This document shows positions 19,024 to 29,215 of a DNA stretch of 64,000 nucleotides, in pieces. The stretch is from Peptococcaceae bacterium 1109 (lineage in GTDB: Bacteria; Bacillota; Limnochordia; Darwinibacteriales; Darwinibacteriaceae). Location of the stretch: assembly GCA_001028815.1 (NCBI GenBank), contig LDJB01000004.1, forward strand, positions 13,733-77,732, written 5' to 3'. The notes beneath the pieces are model-generated. The model saw nothing but the letters and a program-made list of their open reading frames with translations. It was not told where the DNA came from and ran no database searches. Made by a program: the position numbers and the translations under genes. Every line of letters starts with the position of its first letter. The first letter of the stretch is position 1.

Positions 19024-20313
19024 TTAATAGTCTTCCAGAATCTCCTCAACGATTTCTGCCAGTTCATCCAAGGTGGCCTGGATTGGGGCGTCTTCATTGA
19101 AGATCAGATTCAGGTGATTCCGCCATTCTGTAGCAATGGTGACGTAAGCAGGATGCTGGTTCCGTGGGTTAATCCAGGAACTCATGGAGACAACGTTCTT
19201 CATCTCAGGCTTGCGCTCGAGGTACTCTTCATACTCTGGAGTTCCCATGACGCTCTGGCGTGTTGGGAAGTAACCAGTCTTGTCAGCCCAGTAAAGGTTG
19301 ATTTCGGGGCTGGTCATGAACATGATGAACTGCCATGCTGCGTTCTTCTGCCGCTGGGAAGCAACTTCGGGAACGATGATGATACCGCCGCCTACTTCGC
19401 TCAGGAAGCTGGTGCCATCAATGCTGCCAGGCAGCCAAGCCATGCCGACTTCAAACTTGTCGCCAACTTGGTCTACATAGGTGTCATACAGGGAGCTGGT
19501 GTGGAACACGCTGAAAGCTTGGTTATCCCAGAAATGCTGCCGCATGTTGGAAGAAGCAGCGGTGCCGTATGCGTAGTAAGCGTATCCCTTGTCCATCCAT
19601 TCCTTCAGCTTGGAGGTGATATACACGGACTGCTCACCGTTGAGGTCAGTGGTCATGCCGTCATCATTGATCACCTTTACGCCGTTGTTCAGGTAAAGTG
19701 TCTCATAGTACCAGTGGTCCCAACCAGGGATTACGGTACCGTAGCGCTTAGTGGTGCCATCTTCGTTGAACAGGGTAGCCTTAGCCAAGAAGTCGTCCAT
19801 GTCGGCGAAAGTCTTGGGCATCTCGATGCCTTCTTCCTCAGCCGCGGTCTTATCATAATAGATGACCTGGGTGGAGATGACGTATGGCAGGGCGATCTGT
19901 TTCCCTTCATAGCTGGTGGAAAGGATGAGGCCCTCACCAAAGTCTTCCACATCGTAGTTGTAGGCCTCAATGTATGGATCCAGGACTTCCAGAATACCTG
20001 CTTCAGCAAAGTATGCAGGCTCGGAACTGTTTACGGTTGCGATAGCAGGTACTTGGCCAGAAGCAACCGCAGCAATTAACTGGGTCTTAATCTCGCCATA
20101 GCTGCCAATGTAAACAGGTTCAACTGTCACATATGGATGCTCTTCGTTAAAGCGGTCGACCATATACATCAGATATGGTGTAAGTTGTTCTTCATGGGCA
20201 TGCCACCACTGGATGGTGATGGGCTCGGTCACATCATAAGGATTTGCAAAGGCGATGCCAGCGGCCGAAACTGCCATTACTAGCGCAAGCATCAAAGTCA
20301 ACAGTCTCTTCAT
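19024..20313 (-). CDS. ABC substrate-binding protein, family 1 (UgpB-like)
   Basis: Signal peptide, ITIQWWHA, ALPYVISTQVIYY, AAWQFIMFMTS...TGYFPTRQS; AGGAGG RBS. Confidence 0.9.
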   Translation of the reverse strand: MKRLLTLMLALVMAVSAAGIAFANPYDVTEPITIQWWHAHEEQLTPYLMYMVDRFNEEHPYVTVEPVYIGSYGEIKTQLIAAVASGQVPAIATVNSSEPAYFAEAGILEVLDPYIEAYNYDVEDFGEGLILSTSYEGKQIALPYVISTQVIYYDKTAAEEEGIEMPKTFADMDDFLAKATLFNEDGTTKRYGTVIPGWDHWYYETLYLNNGVKVINDDGMTTDLNGEQSVYITSKLKEWMDKGYAYYAYGTAASSNMRQHFWDNQAFSVFHTSSLYDTYVDQVGDKFEVGMAWLPGSIDGTSFLSEVGGGIIIVPEVASQRQKNAAWQFIMFMTSPEINLYWADKTGYFPTRQSVMGTPEYEEYLERKPEMKNVVSMSSWINPRNQHPAYVTIATEWRNHLNLIFNEDAPIQATLDELAEIVEEILEDY

Positions 20314-20541
20314 GTAAATAGCCCCTCCTGTCGTATTCCGACACAGATTTTGATGGCTTTAGCCATCCTCTTAGATCCTATCCACACTTCATGCAAAGGT
20401 CAAGCATCAACATTTTCCGAAGCAGTTTTGCGCTCGGCAGTTTTCTGCTAGGCATCCACCTCCGCATGCACAGAAGTGCCGCAGGATGCGGCAGGGAGAT
20501 TGTGTTCCTCCTTTCGTAGATCAATATCTATGCACTTATTT

Positions 20542-20566
20542 ATTCTGTTTTGGGCTTCAAATTCCT
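20542..20566 (-). promoter_or_regulatory. SigH-like promoter upstream of the ABC operon
   Basis: Minus strand GAAGGA-N17-GAAT. Confidence 0.4.
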
Positions 20567-20721
20567 TCAGCAAACACAACACTTACAAGACAATTTTCCT
20601 GGAAACGTAAACCCAGAAAATAAAAGTCACTTCAGTACGTTTATCGCTAGGAAGAACGAAAAAAAACACGAAGTCATTAGTTATTGGTAGGAAAAGCAAA
20701 GCGCCAAGGAGGAGAAAAATC

Positions 20722-21507
20722 GTGTTGACTGCAACCATTCCCATCAATCCGCTCAACTTGGAGAGCACTGAGGCGCAGCTCCACGCATATATTCTGGATG
20801 GCGAGCGCCTCAGGCCCGGAGTACTCATCTGCCCCGGTGGGGGTTACGGGTTTATCGCCGATCGGGAAGGGGAGGCTGTGGCACTGCAGTTTTGCGCAGC
20901 GGGATTCCATGCCTTCGTCCTCACATACACTGTCTTTCCAGAATTCTACCGCCTACCCATGCTAGAACTCTCCCAAGCGGTTCGAGAAATAAGGCAATCT
21001 GCGGACAGCTGGAACCTTGATCCTGACCGTATTGCTGTGTGCGGTTTTTCCGCGGGGGGACACCTCGCCGCGAGCCTTGGGGTACACTGGCACAAGCTGC
21101 AGGATGCTCCCGACAACAAGCCCAATGCACTGATCCTTTCTTACCCGGTCATTACCTCAGGGGAATATCGACACCCAGGCTCTTTTGAGAATCTCCTGGG
21201 TCCCAACCCCAGCCCCGAGATGGTGCAGGAGATGTCTCTGGAAACGCAGGTTAGCGCTAACACTCCTCCAACCTTCCTATGGCACACAGTAGCCGATGAT
21301 GTGGTGCCCGTGGAAAACAGCATGCTGTTCGCAGCAGCCCTCCAGGATAACAAAGTCCCCTTTGAGCTGCACATCTTCCCCAATGGCCCACACGGTTTAT
21401 CTTTGGCCGTATGGGAGACAGATGACGGGCGGGGCGTTAACCCCCACGCGGCCCACTGGATGGGACTCTGCATTGAGTGGCTGAAGGACCTATTTCACTT
21501 CGCGTAA
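20722..21507 (+). CDS. Alpha/beta hydrolase (acetyl/feruloyl esterase-like)
   Basis: ICPGGGY, GFSAGGHLA nucleophile elbow, D..VP, GPHGLSL; AGGAGG RBS. Confidence 0.9.
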   Translation: MLTATIPINPLNLESTEAQLHAYILDGERLRPGVLICPGGGYGFIADREGEAVALQFCAAGFHAFVLTYTVFPEFYRLPMLELSQAVREIRQSADSWNLDPDRIAVCGFSAGGHLAASLGVHWHKLQDAPDNKPNALILSYPVITSGEYRHPGSFENLLGPNPSPEMVQEMSLETQVSANTPPTFLWHTVADDVVPVENSMLFAAALQDNKVPFELHIFPNGPHGLSLAVWETDDGRGVNPHAAHWMGLCIEWLKDLFHFA

Positions 21508-22065
21508 TCTAAGAAGATGGCAGCTCCCACCTATCTGGGGGCTGCCTTCGCGATAGCGGCTTCTAATACCTGAGATCCGCCACAAACCATTATAGCCATT
21601 CCTGGCCTGGGCATTTACATCAGCGCCGAATTCCAGCAGAACACGGATATTCTCTGCTCCGCCCCGGAGGGCATAATGAAGCGCAGTTTTGCCATCGGTA
21701 TCGCGCACATCGACTTCTGCTCCGGCTTCCAGCAGCATGCGAACGATCTCGGCATCAAGCCACTCCGATGCCAGCATCAGTGCGGTGTGGCCATACATGA
21801 AACTCCTGTGATCAAGCGCCGCACCCAACTCTAGCAGAGTCACCACCGCCTCCCGATTCTGGACACGGCACGCCAGCATGATGGGAGTATAGTCATCATT
21901 TTCCTCAACGTTGGGCTGGTTAATATCAGACAGTTTTGCTCCTAACTCCGATAGGCGCGCTGCCACCTGTGGGTCGTTGTACACCAGTGCCATGAGTAAG
22001 GGACTCCATCCGGAGGATGTTTCCTGGTTCACATCAAAGCCCGCTTTTGCCACGGCCTCAATCAC
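21490..22065 (-). pseudogene. Ankyrin-repeat protein, probably a truncated remnant
   Basis: Ankyrin repeats (GWSPLLMA, GHTALMLA, GKTALHYA, GADVNAQ). The frame continues upstream (KYNPDPR) into the terminator of the AraC gene with no RBS, and the C-terminus degenerates and overlaps the esterase. Confidence 0.6.
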
Positions 22066-22090
22066 TCTCGGATCGGGATTGTATTTAGCG

Positions 22091-22117
22091 AAGAAGCCAC
22101 CCGCCAGAGCAGGTGGC
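22091..22117 (-). terminator. Intrinsic terminator after the AraC gene
   Basis: GCCACC...GGTGGC stem followed by TTCTT on the minus strand. Confidence 0.5.
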
Positions 22118-22124
22118 GAGCGGC

Positions 22125-23096
22125 TTAACTGGTCCTACGAACTGGCCTGATGTACTTCCAGAACTGCTCTGGATCGTGGTAGAAGTACGCAATCCTCCCG
22201 GGAGTGGTATCTAAGGCATAACCTGTACCGGAGAAGTCAAACTCCGCCATGGCCTTTTCGATTACTTGCTCCACGGTGTGGTTTTCTTTCTCATAGCTGA
22301 AGGGCCCGTGTTCAAACACGATGTACTCCTCTTGAGGGATATCCATGAGCTGCATCTGGGGAGGCACTTCCCCGTTATAGTCAAGAGGAAGGCGCACGCC
22401 ATAGCACTCAACCCGGCGGATACCCCAATCGCACAGCCGGCCTTGGGGATCATTGATGTAGCCCATGACCTGGCCGCTGCCGCTGTTAGGTTCCCCTCCC
22501 CCATGGTCATCCAGCTTACCCTTGATGCTGTCCAAGAGTCCGCAGATGGTATCACAGTCCTGCCCAGGGATCTTGCTTTGCTTTTCCCAGAAGTCCCAAT
22601 AGCCGTTGCTCTCGTAGTTTCTGATGTGTAAGAACTTGTGCGCAGGAATTGTGACGAAGTAGATTTTCACATCATCCGTGGATTTCATCATGCCAATTTC
22701 CCCCAATCCTAATAAGTAGCGGTCGAAGGGGTTGATTTTCGTGCGCAGCACCACTGGCTTGGGGTTCTGCCGGTACTCACTGGGGGTGACACCGTAAGCC
22801 AGCTTAAATGCGCGAGTGAAAGCCGCGTGGGATGAGTAGCCGTAGTCGAGGGCGATGTCTAGGAGGCTCTTATCACTGTCTCGCACTTCAATCAAGGCAA
22901 AGGCCAGCTTCCTGCGGCGCAGATAATCCCTGAGCTGCATCCCTGATACTTCCTTGAACTTGCGAGTTGTATGAAACTCAGAATAACCCAGCCGGCGAGC
23001 AAGGGCCCTAAGCGTCAAAGCCTCATCATCGTAGCTTTTGATGCAAGTATCAATCTCATCGACAATGGCTTGGATTTGCTGGTGCCATTCGTACAT
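22125..23096 (-). CDS. AraC-family regulator with C-terminal GyrI-like effector domain
   Basis: LARRLGYSEFHTTRKFK, IALDYGYSSHAAFTRAFK..YGVTPSEYR. Confidence 0.9.
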   Translation of the reverse strand: MYEWHQQIQAIVDEIDTCIKSYDDEALTLRALARRLGYSEFHTTRKFKEVSGMQLRDYLRRRKLAFALIEVRDSDKSLLDIALDYGYSSHAAFTRAFKLAYGVTPSEYRQNPKPVVLRTKINPFDRYLLGLGEIGMMKSTDDVKIYFVTIPAHKFLHIRNYESNGYWDFWEKQSKIPGQDCDTICGLLDSIKGKLDDHGGGEPNSGSGQVMGYINDPQGRLCDWGIRRVECYGVRLPLDYNGEVPPQMQLMDIPQEEYIVFEHGPFSYEKENHTVEQVIEKAMAEFDFSGTGYALDTTPGRIAYFYHDPEQFWKYIRPVRRTS

Positions 23097-23216
23097 TACT
23101 AACCCACCTCACTTCAACCACCCTACATCTATTCTAGGGAAATGGAGAGATCGCTGCTTGATATTACTTGCTGTGATAAAAACACAAGGCCAAGATGGCA
23201 TTGCTCCTTATTCCAC

Positions 23217-23246
23217 GGAAAAGGCCCTGGATAACGCCAGGGCCTT
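23217..23246 (-). terminator. Orphan terminator next to the IS66 left end
   Basis: AAGGCCCTGG-N6-CCAGGGCCTT with T run on the minus strand; no intact gene upstream of it. Confidence 0.5.
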
Positions 23247-23352
23247 AACGTGTGTTGATTCTACTTATTCGTAAGCGTCAAACCAGCCGTACCTTCTAGC
23301 TCCTCTCCGCTGATGAGATAATGAAGTCATCAGAGGGAAGGAGCTGATTCGT

Positions 23353-23667
23353 GTGACTAAGAAAGCCAGGCAAGAGCTGCGCGAGTTGTGGGCTGAGAGG
23401 ATAGAGGATTTCCGCGCCAGCGGTCTAAGCCAAAGGGCATGGTGCAGAGAACATGGGCTGCGGCCCAACCAACTCTGGTACTGGCTGCGCAAGTTTGAGA
23501 CTGAAACTAACCAGCCGCAAAACGGCATATGGATACAACTGGATTCACTAGCTCCTACTGGCTCTGGTGTCGTGCTGCGCATCGGCAATGTGACTGTGGA
23601 AATTCAGCGCGGGTTTGACCCCCAGGTTCTAACGGAAGTCATCCGCTCCTTGCTGAACGTATGTTAA
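23353..23667 (+). CDS. tnpA: IS66 accessory protein TnpA
   Basis: W...I..FRASGLSQRAWC..HGL....WYW.RK HTH; GFDP..L..V. Confidence 0.88.
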   Translation: MTKKARQELRELWAERIEDFRASGLSQRAWCREHGLRPNQLWYWLRKFETETNQPQNGIWIQLDSLAPTGSGVVLRIGNVTVEIQRGFDPQVLTEVIRSLLNVC

Positions 23668-24020
23668 TTGGTCATCCTAGGCAAAAGGTGTACCTGGCTG
23701 TGGGAGCCACCGACATGAGGAAGTCAGTGGACGGCCTGGCCGCCATAGTCCAGCTGGATTTCGAGCTCAATCCGTTTGAGCCCTGCCTGTTCGCCTTCTG
23801 CAATCGACAGCGGAACAGGGTTAAGATCCTGGAATGGTCCGAGCGAGGCTTTTGGCTCCACTACTTCCGTTTGGAACAGGGACGCCTGCCATGGCCTCAA
23901 GTAGGCGAGGAAGTTAACCCTCTAGATGTTACCTGGCAGGACCTGCGCCAGCTTCTGGAGGGAACACCGCTAAAGCCCGTTAGCCAGCGTGCTGTTAAGC
24001 TTCCGAAGTATGTAATTTAA
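23661..24020 (+). CDS. tnpB: IS66 accessory protein TnpB
   Basis: VYLAVGATDMRKSVDGL, FCNRQRNRVKILEW...GFWL...RLEQG. Confidence 0.92.
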   Translation: MLIGHPRQKVYLAVGATDMRKSVDGLAAIVQLDFELNPFEPCLFAFCNRQRNRVKILEWSERGFWLHYFRLEQGRLPWPQVGEEVNPLDVTWQDLRQLLEGTPLKPVSQRAVKLPKYVI

Positions 24021-24088
24021 CATGCATTTTCCCCTTCCTGAGCCCTTTCCCAGCAGGGAATCAGCTTATCCTTCGCGAAGTACTGGGC

Positions 24089-25660
24089 ATGGAAGACACA
24101 CCGAAAACCCAAGACTCAACCGAATACTCATGGCAAGAACGTGCACTTAAAGCAGAAGCTGAGTTGGCCAAGGCCCTCCAGAAACTGGAGTACCTCGAGG
24201 CTCAACTGCGCCTGCTGACTGCCAAGCGCTTTGGCAGATCCAGCGAGAAGACGAGCAAAGATCAGCTTCAGCTCTTTGAGGACGTTTTCAATGAAGCCGA
24301 ATCAAACGCAGAGCCCTTTGCTCCGGAGCCGGAGCTGATCACGGTGCCCGCCCACCAGCGTGCCAAGCGCAAGAAAAAGAAAGGTGTCAGCCTCGAAGGC
24401 CTGCCCGAGACCGTGGTTGAATACCGCCTTCCCGAGGAAGAGCTGACCTGTTCCTGCGGCCATGAAAGGCATATCATCGGCCAAGAGGTTACCAAAGAGC
24501 TGGTCGTGGTGCCGGCCCAGTTTTCCGTTACTAAGCATGTGCAGTATGTTTACGCCTGCCGCCACTGCGAGAATCACGGAGATGGCACGGCTCCCGTTGT
24601 GGTCAAAGCACCGAAACCAAACCGGGCTTTCCCGGGCAGTATTGCTTCTCCTTCTGCAGTAGCACATGTCATTGAAGAGAAGTACGTTATGGCCGTTCCC
24701 CTCTACCGTCAGGAGAAACAGTGGGAGCGAAGAGGCGTAAAGGTGTCCCGGCAGAACATGGCTAACTGGATCATGGCCGCCCAGCACTGGTTGCAGCCCA
24801 TCTATGACCGCATGAAGCAAGTACTTTTGAGCCAGGACATCATATTTGCCGATGAAACCACTCTCCAGGTTCTCCAGGAAGACGGCAAAAAAGCTGAATC
24901 CCAGTCATACATGTGGCTGTATCGTTCAGGACGTTATGGGCCTGGGATCGTGCTTTTCGAGTACCAGCCCACCCGTTCTGGGGAACACCCGAAAGAGTTC
25001 CTGAAAGGGTTTAAGGGTTACCTGGTCACAGATGCCTATGGAGGTTACAATGGTATCCCCGATGTGACCAGGGTTGGCTGCTGGGCCCATGCTAGAAGGG
25101 GCTTTGATGAAGCCATCAAAGCTGCAGGCAAAAGGTCCAAAGCTCCCCAAGCAGCAGAGGGCCTTAAGTTCTGCAACGATCTGTTTGACATCGAGAATGC
25201 TCTTGAGGATGTCGATCCTAAGGAGCGCTATGCGCGGCGGCTTCTGCGCAGCAAACCTGTGCTGGACGCTTTTTTGGCATGGCTTGAAAAGACCCGCGAG
25301 GAATGTGCCAAGCAAAGCCATTTAGGCAAGGCTGTGGAGTACTGCCTTAACCACTGGAAGGAACTGAACAACTTCCTCTTGGACGGTCGGCTAGAGCTAA
25401 GCAACAACCGCTCAGAGCGGTCCATCAAGCCGTTTGTCATCGGAAGGAAGAACTTCCTGTTCTGCATCACTCCTCGGGGAGCCAAGGCAAGTGCCACAAC
25501 CTACAGCATCGTCGAGTCGGCCAAGGAGAACGGTCTCAAGCCCTTCGAGTACCTGACATACCTGTTCACAGAGCTCCCCAATGCAACCACGAAGGCTCTT
25601 GACGAGTTCCTCCCCTGGTCAGAATCTCTGCCGGATAACTGCCGCATACCCAGCAAATGA
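24089..25660 (+). CDS. tnpC: IS66 DDE transposase TnpC
   Basis: RFGRSSEK, zinc finger C..C, ADETT, VTDAYGGY, GCWAHARR, SNNRSERSIK, GRKNFLF. Confidence 0.96.
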   Translation: MEDTPKTQDSTEYSWQERALKAEAELAKALQKLEYLEAQLRLLTAKRFGRSSEKTSKDQLQLFEDVFNEAESNAEPFAPEPELITVPAHQRAKRKKKKGVSLEGLPETVVEYRLPEEELTCSCGHERHIIGQEVTKELVVVPAQFSVTKHVQYVYACRHCENHGDGTAPVVVKAPKPNRAFPGSIASPSAVAHVIEEKYVMAVPLYRQEKQWERRGVKVSRQNMANWIMAAQHWLQPIYDRMKQVLLSQDIIFADETTLQVLQEDGKKAESQSYMWLYRSGRYGPGIVLFEYQPTRSGEHPKEFLKGFKGYLVTDAYGGYNGIPDVTRVGCWAHARRGFDEAIKAAGKRSKAPQAAEGLKFCNDLFDIENALEDVDPKERYARRLLRSKPVLDAFLAWLEKTREECAKQSHLGKAVEYCLNHWKELNNFLLDGRLELSNNRSERSIKPFVIGRKNFLFCITPRGAKASATTYSIVESAKENGLKPFEYLTYLFTELPNATTKALDEFLPWSESLPDNCRIPSK

Positions 25661-25668
25661 TTTACTAC

Positions 25669-25699
25669 GACCTCTACCACCCCAAGGTAGAGGTCTTTT
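25669..25699 (+). terminator. Terminator after tnpC
   Basis: GACCTCTACC-N7-GGTAGAGGTC-TTTT. Confidence 0.7.
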
Positions 25700-26094
25700 C
25701 TTCTCCAACTACCGTGACACCAATGGAGCGGTTAACGTCTATGGCCTATGTGGTTTCTCAACTCATTGGCCAGGAGGACATTGTCAAGGTACGCCCTCTT
25801 TAACGCTTACTGTTATTTGAACTCCTGAGTCTAATCCCCTTTCGTCATGGAGACGTCCCCTACCTTGAGTGGTAACAGACGAAAGGATTCTCTCCAAATC
25901 CATTGGGGGGGCTAACTATGTTGAAGCGGTACAGGCGTTACACAAGCGCTTGATCACTTCGTACGTCCCGTGGCGTTGCCTCATGGCATCCGGATAGCAC
26001 GGGCCGAACAGCAAATCTCCAAGCAACGAACCTAAACCTGAGAATACGTCAACGTCTTACGAGAGTGATCGCCGCCGCTTGTCTGAGCCTAATC

Positions 26095-27951
26095 CTAACT
26101 CACCTTGAACCTGGAAATCAAAGCCTGCAGCTCCTGGGCCATTTCGCTGAGCACCTGTACCGAGGAAGAGATCTCTTCTATGGTAGCAGATTGCTCCTCA
26201 GTTGCCGCAGCCATCTCTTGAGCTCCCCGATCGATTTCCGCAGTATCTTCCCCGATGGACTTAATCCTGTCCGCGATTTCCCCTATCAGGCGGATGATGT
26301 TAGACAACAGCCTACCTGTATCCCCCACGACCTGTGACGTTTCCTCCACATTGGCGACGTTGCGGTTCATGCCCTCAACAGCCTCCACTGTCTTGCGCTG
26401 GACATCGCTAATTAGGTGGCGGATGTCTTCAGCAGCGCTGCTGCTCTGTACCGATAAACGGCGCACTTCCTCCGCTACCACCGCAAACCCCCGCCCGTGC
26501 TCCCCTGCACGGGCCGCCTCGATAGCTGCGTTCAAGGACAAGAGGTTGGTTTGCTCTGCGATAGCAGAGATGGTCTCCACGATCTGCTCGATCTCTGCGG
26601 AGCTCGCATCTAGCTGCTGAATTGTGGCCGCCAGCTCTTGGATACTGTGGCGCAGCTCTGCCATCTGGGTAAACGTCCTGTCCAGAGCCGCTTCGCCATC
26701 GGAAGCCATGGCAGTGATGTTGACCGCAGACTGGGAGACCTCGCTTACATTGCTGTTCATGGAGGACACTGTTTGGGAAAAGGTATTGGCGCTTGCCGCG
26801 ACTTCCTCGATGGAAGCCGCTGTTTCTGCAGTGGCCGCAGAGAGCTGGTTAGAAGTGCCCAGCACCTTTTCTGCAGAGTCCTTCACGCTCTCAATAATCC
26901 CACTGAGATTTTGGATCATCTGACCAAAAGCAGAAGCCAAGAGCCCGATCTCGTCCTGGCGCTCCGCGTGAACCACCTCGGTAAGATCCCCAGCGCTCAC
27001 CTTTTCAGCACTCTGAGTAAGGCGCACAACAGGGGTAGTTAGCGAAGCGGCAAGGCCATACCCTATGGCTAGGCCGATGAGGAGTGCCACCACAAACGTG
27101 GAAACGATAATGGTGCGTGTCTGGGCAACAACCCTCAGCACATCACCTTCATCTGCTTCCACTGCTATAGCCCACCCGTTTTGGGCTATGGGTGCGAAGG
27201 CCACCAGCCGCTGGCCCTTTTCGGCTGTATAGCGATCCACTCCAGACCTACCTGCGAGCATCTGCTCCACGATGGGCTTCAGGCCGGATATGTCTGAAAA
27301 CAGCGCTGTGCTCCCCACATACTCCAAGTTGGGATGCCCCACAATCACCCCTGTGTCGTTGATCAGCCACCCATGGCCATAGCCTGCTAGGTTCAGGCTC
27401 TCCGCCACTTGCTGCAAGTGCTCTAGAGTAACGGAAAAGGCAAGCACGCCAACGGGCCGACTATCATCACCAAGAACGGGCCGAGCCACCATCACAGTAG
27501 CTACATTAGTCCCCTGAGTGATCATAGGTTCGGAATAGTAGATTTTCTCTGTCCCTAAGGCTCCGCTGAAGTAATCCCGTGCAGCAATATTAATCGTCAA
27601 ACCTTCCACGGTCGTTGCTTCACCGGTGAGGTCAGCGAGGAGAATCCCGCCGTACTCTGGCCTGTTGGCCATCAAAGCAGCCATGAGCGCCCTGGCTTCA
27701 TCCAGGTCAAACCCCCGCACTGCTGGAACTGAGGAAAACAGATAGAGTTCATCCTCAATGGACTTAAACCATTGGGACATGACCTCTGCATTTTTTTCCG
27801 TAACTGCCTGAGCTTCTCTGGCTACACCATCTCCTACCACCTGCCGTAAGCTAAAATACGAAAACAGGCTGGTGCCCCCAATCAACAGCAACACCAGCAA
27901 GCTGATGTAGAGCATGAGTCTAGCCTTGATACTGAGCCTCAATCCTTTCAC
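26095..27951 (-). CDS. Methyl-accepting chemotaxis protein (dCache + HAMP + MA)
   Basis: Two TMs, RDYF Cache motif, [47 protein letters not shown]. Confidence 0.95.
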   Translation of the reverse strand: MKGLRLSIKARLMLYISLLVLLLIGGTSLFSYFSLRQVVGDGVAREAQAVTEKNAEVMSQWFKSIEDELYLFSSVPAVRGFDLDEARALMAALMANRPEYGGILLADLTGEATTVEGLTINIAARDYFSGALGTEKIYYSEPMITQGTNVATVMVARPVLGDDSRPVGVLAFSVTLEHLQQVAESLNLAGYGHGWLINDTGVIVGHPNLEYVGSTALFSDISGLKPIVEQMLAGRSGVDRYTAEKGQRLVAFAPIAQNGWAIAVEADEGDVLRVVAQTRTIIVSTFVVALLIGLAIGYGLAASLTTPVVRLTQSAEKVSAGDLTEVVHAERQDEIGLLASAFGQMIQNLSGIIESVKDSAEKVLGTSNQLSAATAETAASIEEVAASANTFSQTVSSMNSNVSEVSQSAVNITAMASDGEAALDRTFTQMAELRHSIQELAATIQQLDASSAEIEQIVETISAIAEQTNLLSLNAAIEAARAGEHGRGFAVVAEEVRRLSVQSSSAAEDIRHLISDVQRKTVEAVEGMNRNVANVEETSQVVGDTGRLLSNIIRLIGEIADRIKSIGEDTAEIDRGAQEMAAATEEQSATIEEISSSVQVLSEMAQELQALISRFKVS

Positions 27952-28014
27952 GATTGGCCCTCCCCTCAGATAACACGCTCTTCCCGGCCAAATAAGTTTG
28001 AAAGTGTCTATTTA

Positions 28015-28039
28015 ATTCTCCCATATCGCCCGTTTTCCT
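28015..28039 (-). promoter_or_regulatory. SigH-like promoter upstream of the MCP gene
   Basis: Minus strand AGGA-N17-GAAT. Confidence 0.4.
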
Positions 28040-28197
28040 ACGGGAAAACCAAACTATGGAGAAGACTATTTTTCGCAGCACGAGCCGGCATATGCCGCTA
28101 AATGTTATCTGTAAATTTACATATTCCTTCTGAATTTCCGCGTTTGTTTCTCAATTCATAGGTGTGGCTGCATATGTGTAAGCTCACCCTGGCATAT

Positions 28198-28225
28198 AAA
28201 AAGGCCTCTACCAGGCGTAGAGGCC
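28198..28225 (-). terminator. Terminator after flaG
   Basis: GGCCTCTAC-N5-GTAGAGGCC-TTTTT on the minus strand. Confidence 0.7.
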
Positions 28226-28245
28226 AGATTCAACGATTTCGGCAC

Positions 28246-28545
28246 TTAAGCTCTTTCATCTACAAACAAGCCCATGAGCTTTCTCATCCGGATCATGTGG
28301 TCGACCTGGGTGGGCGTTGGAAGCTGCCTAACGGTCTTGCCTGTGGAGTTGTCAATGATGTGCGCTACATTCTTCCCCAAGTCCTTGTCATACCTAAAGC
28401 TGACCCTATGGTTTTCCTTTGAACCAGGGACGTTAAGATCTTCAACCTGATCAACCTGCCTGGCGGCAAGTTTGGGCAGATCGCCAGTCAAGAGATCCCG
28501 ATAGCGTGTTCCATATGACTCGCCAGAAATCTTCACAGTCCTCAC
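28246..28545 (-). CDS. flaG: FlaG-family flagellar protein
   Basis: VSFRYDKDLG....IIDNSTGKTVRQLP......M...GLFVDERA matches the FlaG C-terminal pattern. Confidence 0.8.
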   Translation of the reverse strand: MRTVKISGESYGTRYRDLLTGDLPKLAARQVDQVEDLNVPGSKENHRVSFRYDKDLGKNVAHIIDNSTGKTVRQLPTPTQVDHMIRMRKLMGLFVDERA

Positions 28546-28583
28546 TCCCCAGTGTAAGGAAAACCTTTTGTGGGAAAGATTCT

Positions 28584-29210
28584 CTAGAAATCTGTCTGTT
28601 CCTGCCGCTCTTGAGAAGACTGGGACTTTATCTCCATGAGCCTGGCAGTGACCTCGCGCACAACAGGGATGACCTCAGCTTCGAACCAGGGGTTGCGCTT
28701 CAGCCAGGCCTTATTCCGGGGTGAGGGGTGTACTAGAGGCAAGTAACGGGGTAAATACTCCTGGAAGTGCTTCACCGTCTCCGTTAGGTTTGTTTTGCGC
28801 CGCTCCACTAGATAGTATCTCTGGGAATAGTCACCCACCAGGATGATGGTTTCCACGTTGGGCATAGCCGCCAGGAGCCGGGGGTGCCACTTTTCCGCAA
28901 ACCCAGGCCGAGGCGGGTTGTCCCCAGACTTACCTTTACCGGGATAGTAGAAGTCCATGGGCAGCTGGGCAAGGTAAGGGGAGTTGTAAAACTGGTCTCT
29001 GTCAATGCCCATCCATTCCCGGAGGCGATCGCCGCTGGGATCGTTCCAAAACAGCCGGGTTGCCTCGGCTTTCCTGCCCAGTGCTTGGCCTACGATCACT
29101 AGCCGAGCATCCTTAGAAGCCTTAAACAAGGGAAAGATCCCCCGTTCAGTGTATTCTTTGTTCATGGGATCAGCGGCGATCTCGGCGTGGATTTCATCGA
29201 AGATGGTCAA
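28584..29210 (-). CDS. Uracil-DNA glycosylase superfamily protein
   Basis: IVGQALG, WNDPSGDRLREWMG, PMDFYYPGKGKSGD.PPR, LVHPSPRN. Confidence 0.9.
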   Translation of the reverse strand: MTIFDEIHAEIAADPMNKEYTERGIFPLFKASKDARLVIVGQALGRKAEATRLFWNDPSGDRLREWMGIDRDQFYNSPYLAQLPMDFYYPGKGKSGDNPPRPGFAEKWHPRLLAAMPNVETIILVGDYSQRYYLVERRKTNLTETVKHFQEYLPRYLPLVHPSPRNKAWLKRNPWFEAEVIPVVREVTARLMEIKSQSSQERQEQTDF

Positions 29211-29215
29211 TTCTT

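Larger units (their letters stand above)
23271..25810 (+). mobile_element. IS66-family insertion sequence
   Basis: Terminal inverted repeats GTAAGCGTCAAACCAGCCGTACCTT (23271) and reverse complement GTAAGCGTTAAAGAGGGCGTACCTT (ends 25810), 20/25 identical; tnpA-tnpB-tnpC inside. Confidence 0.95.

Noticed and set aside
19003..20079. 358-aa plus-strand ORF
   Set aside because: Antisense shadow of the well-supported substrate-binding protein gene; no recognisable motifs.
25820..25892. Hammerhead ribozyme suggested by GACGAAA
   Set aside because: No CUGANGA core in the required position on either strand.
27960..28200. Possible c-di-GMP riboswitch upstream of the MCP gene
   Set aside because: Short palindromes are present (CGGCATATGCCG, TGTAAATTTACA), but the GEMM core motifs could not be found on the coding strand.
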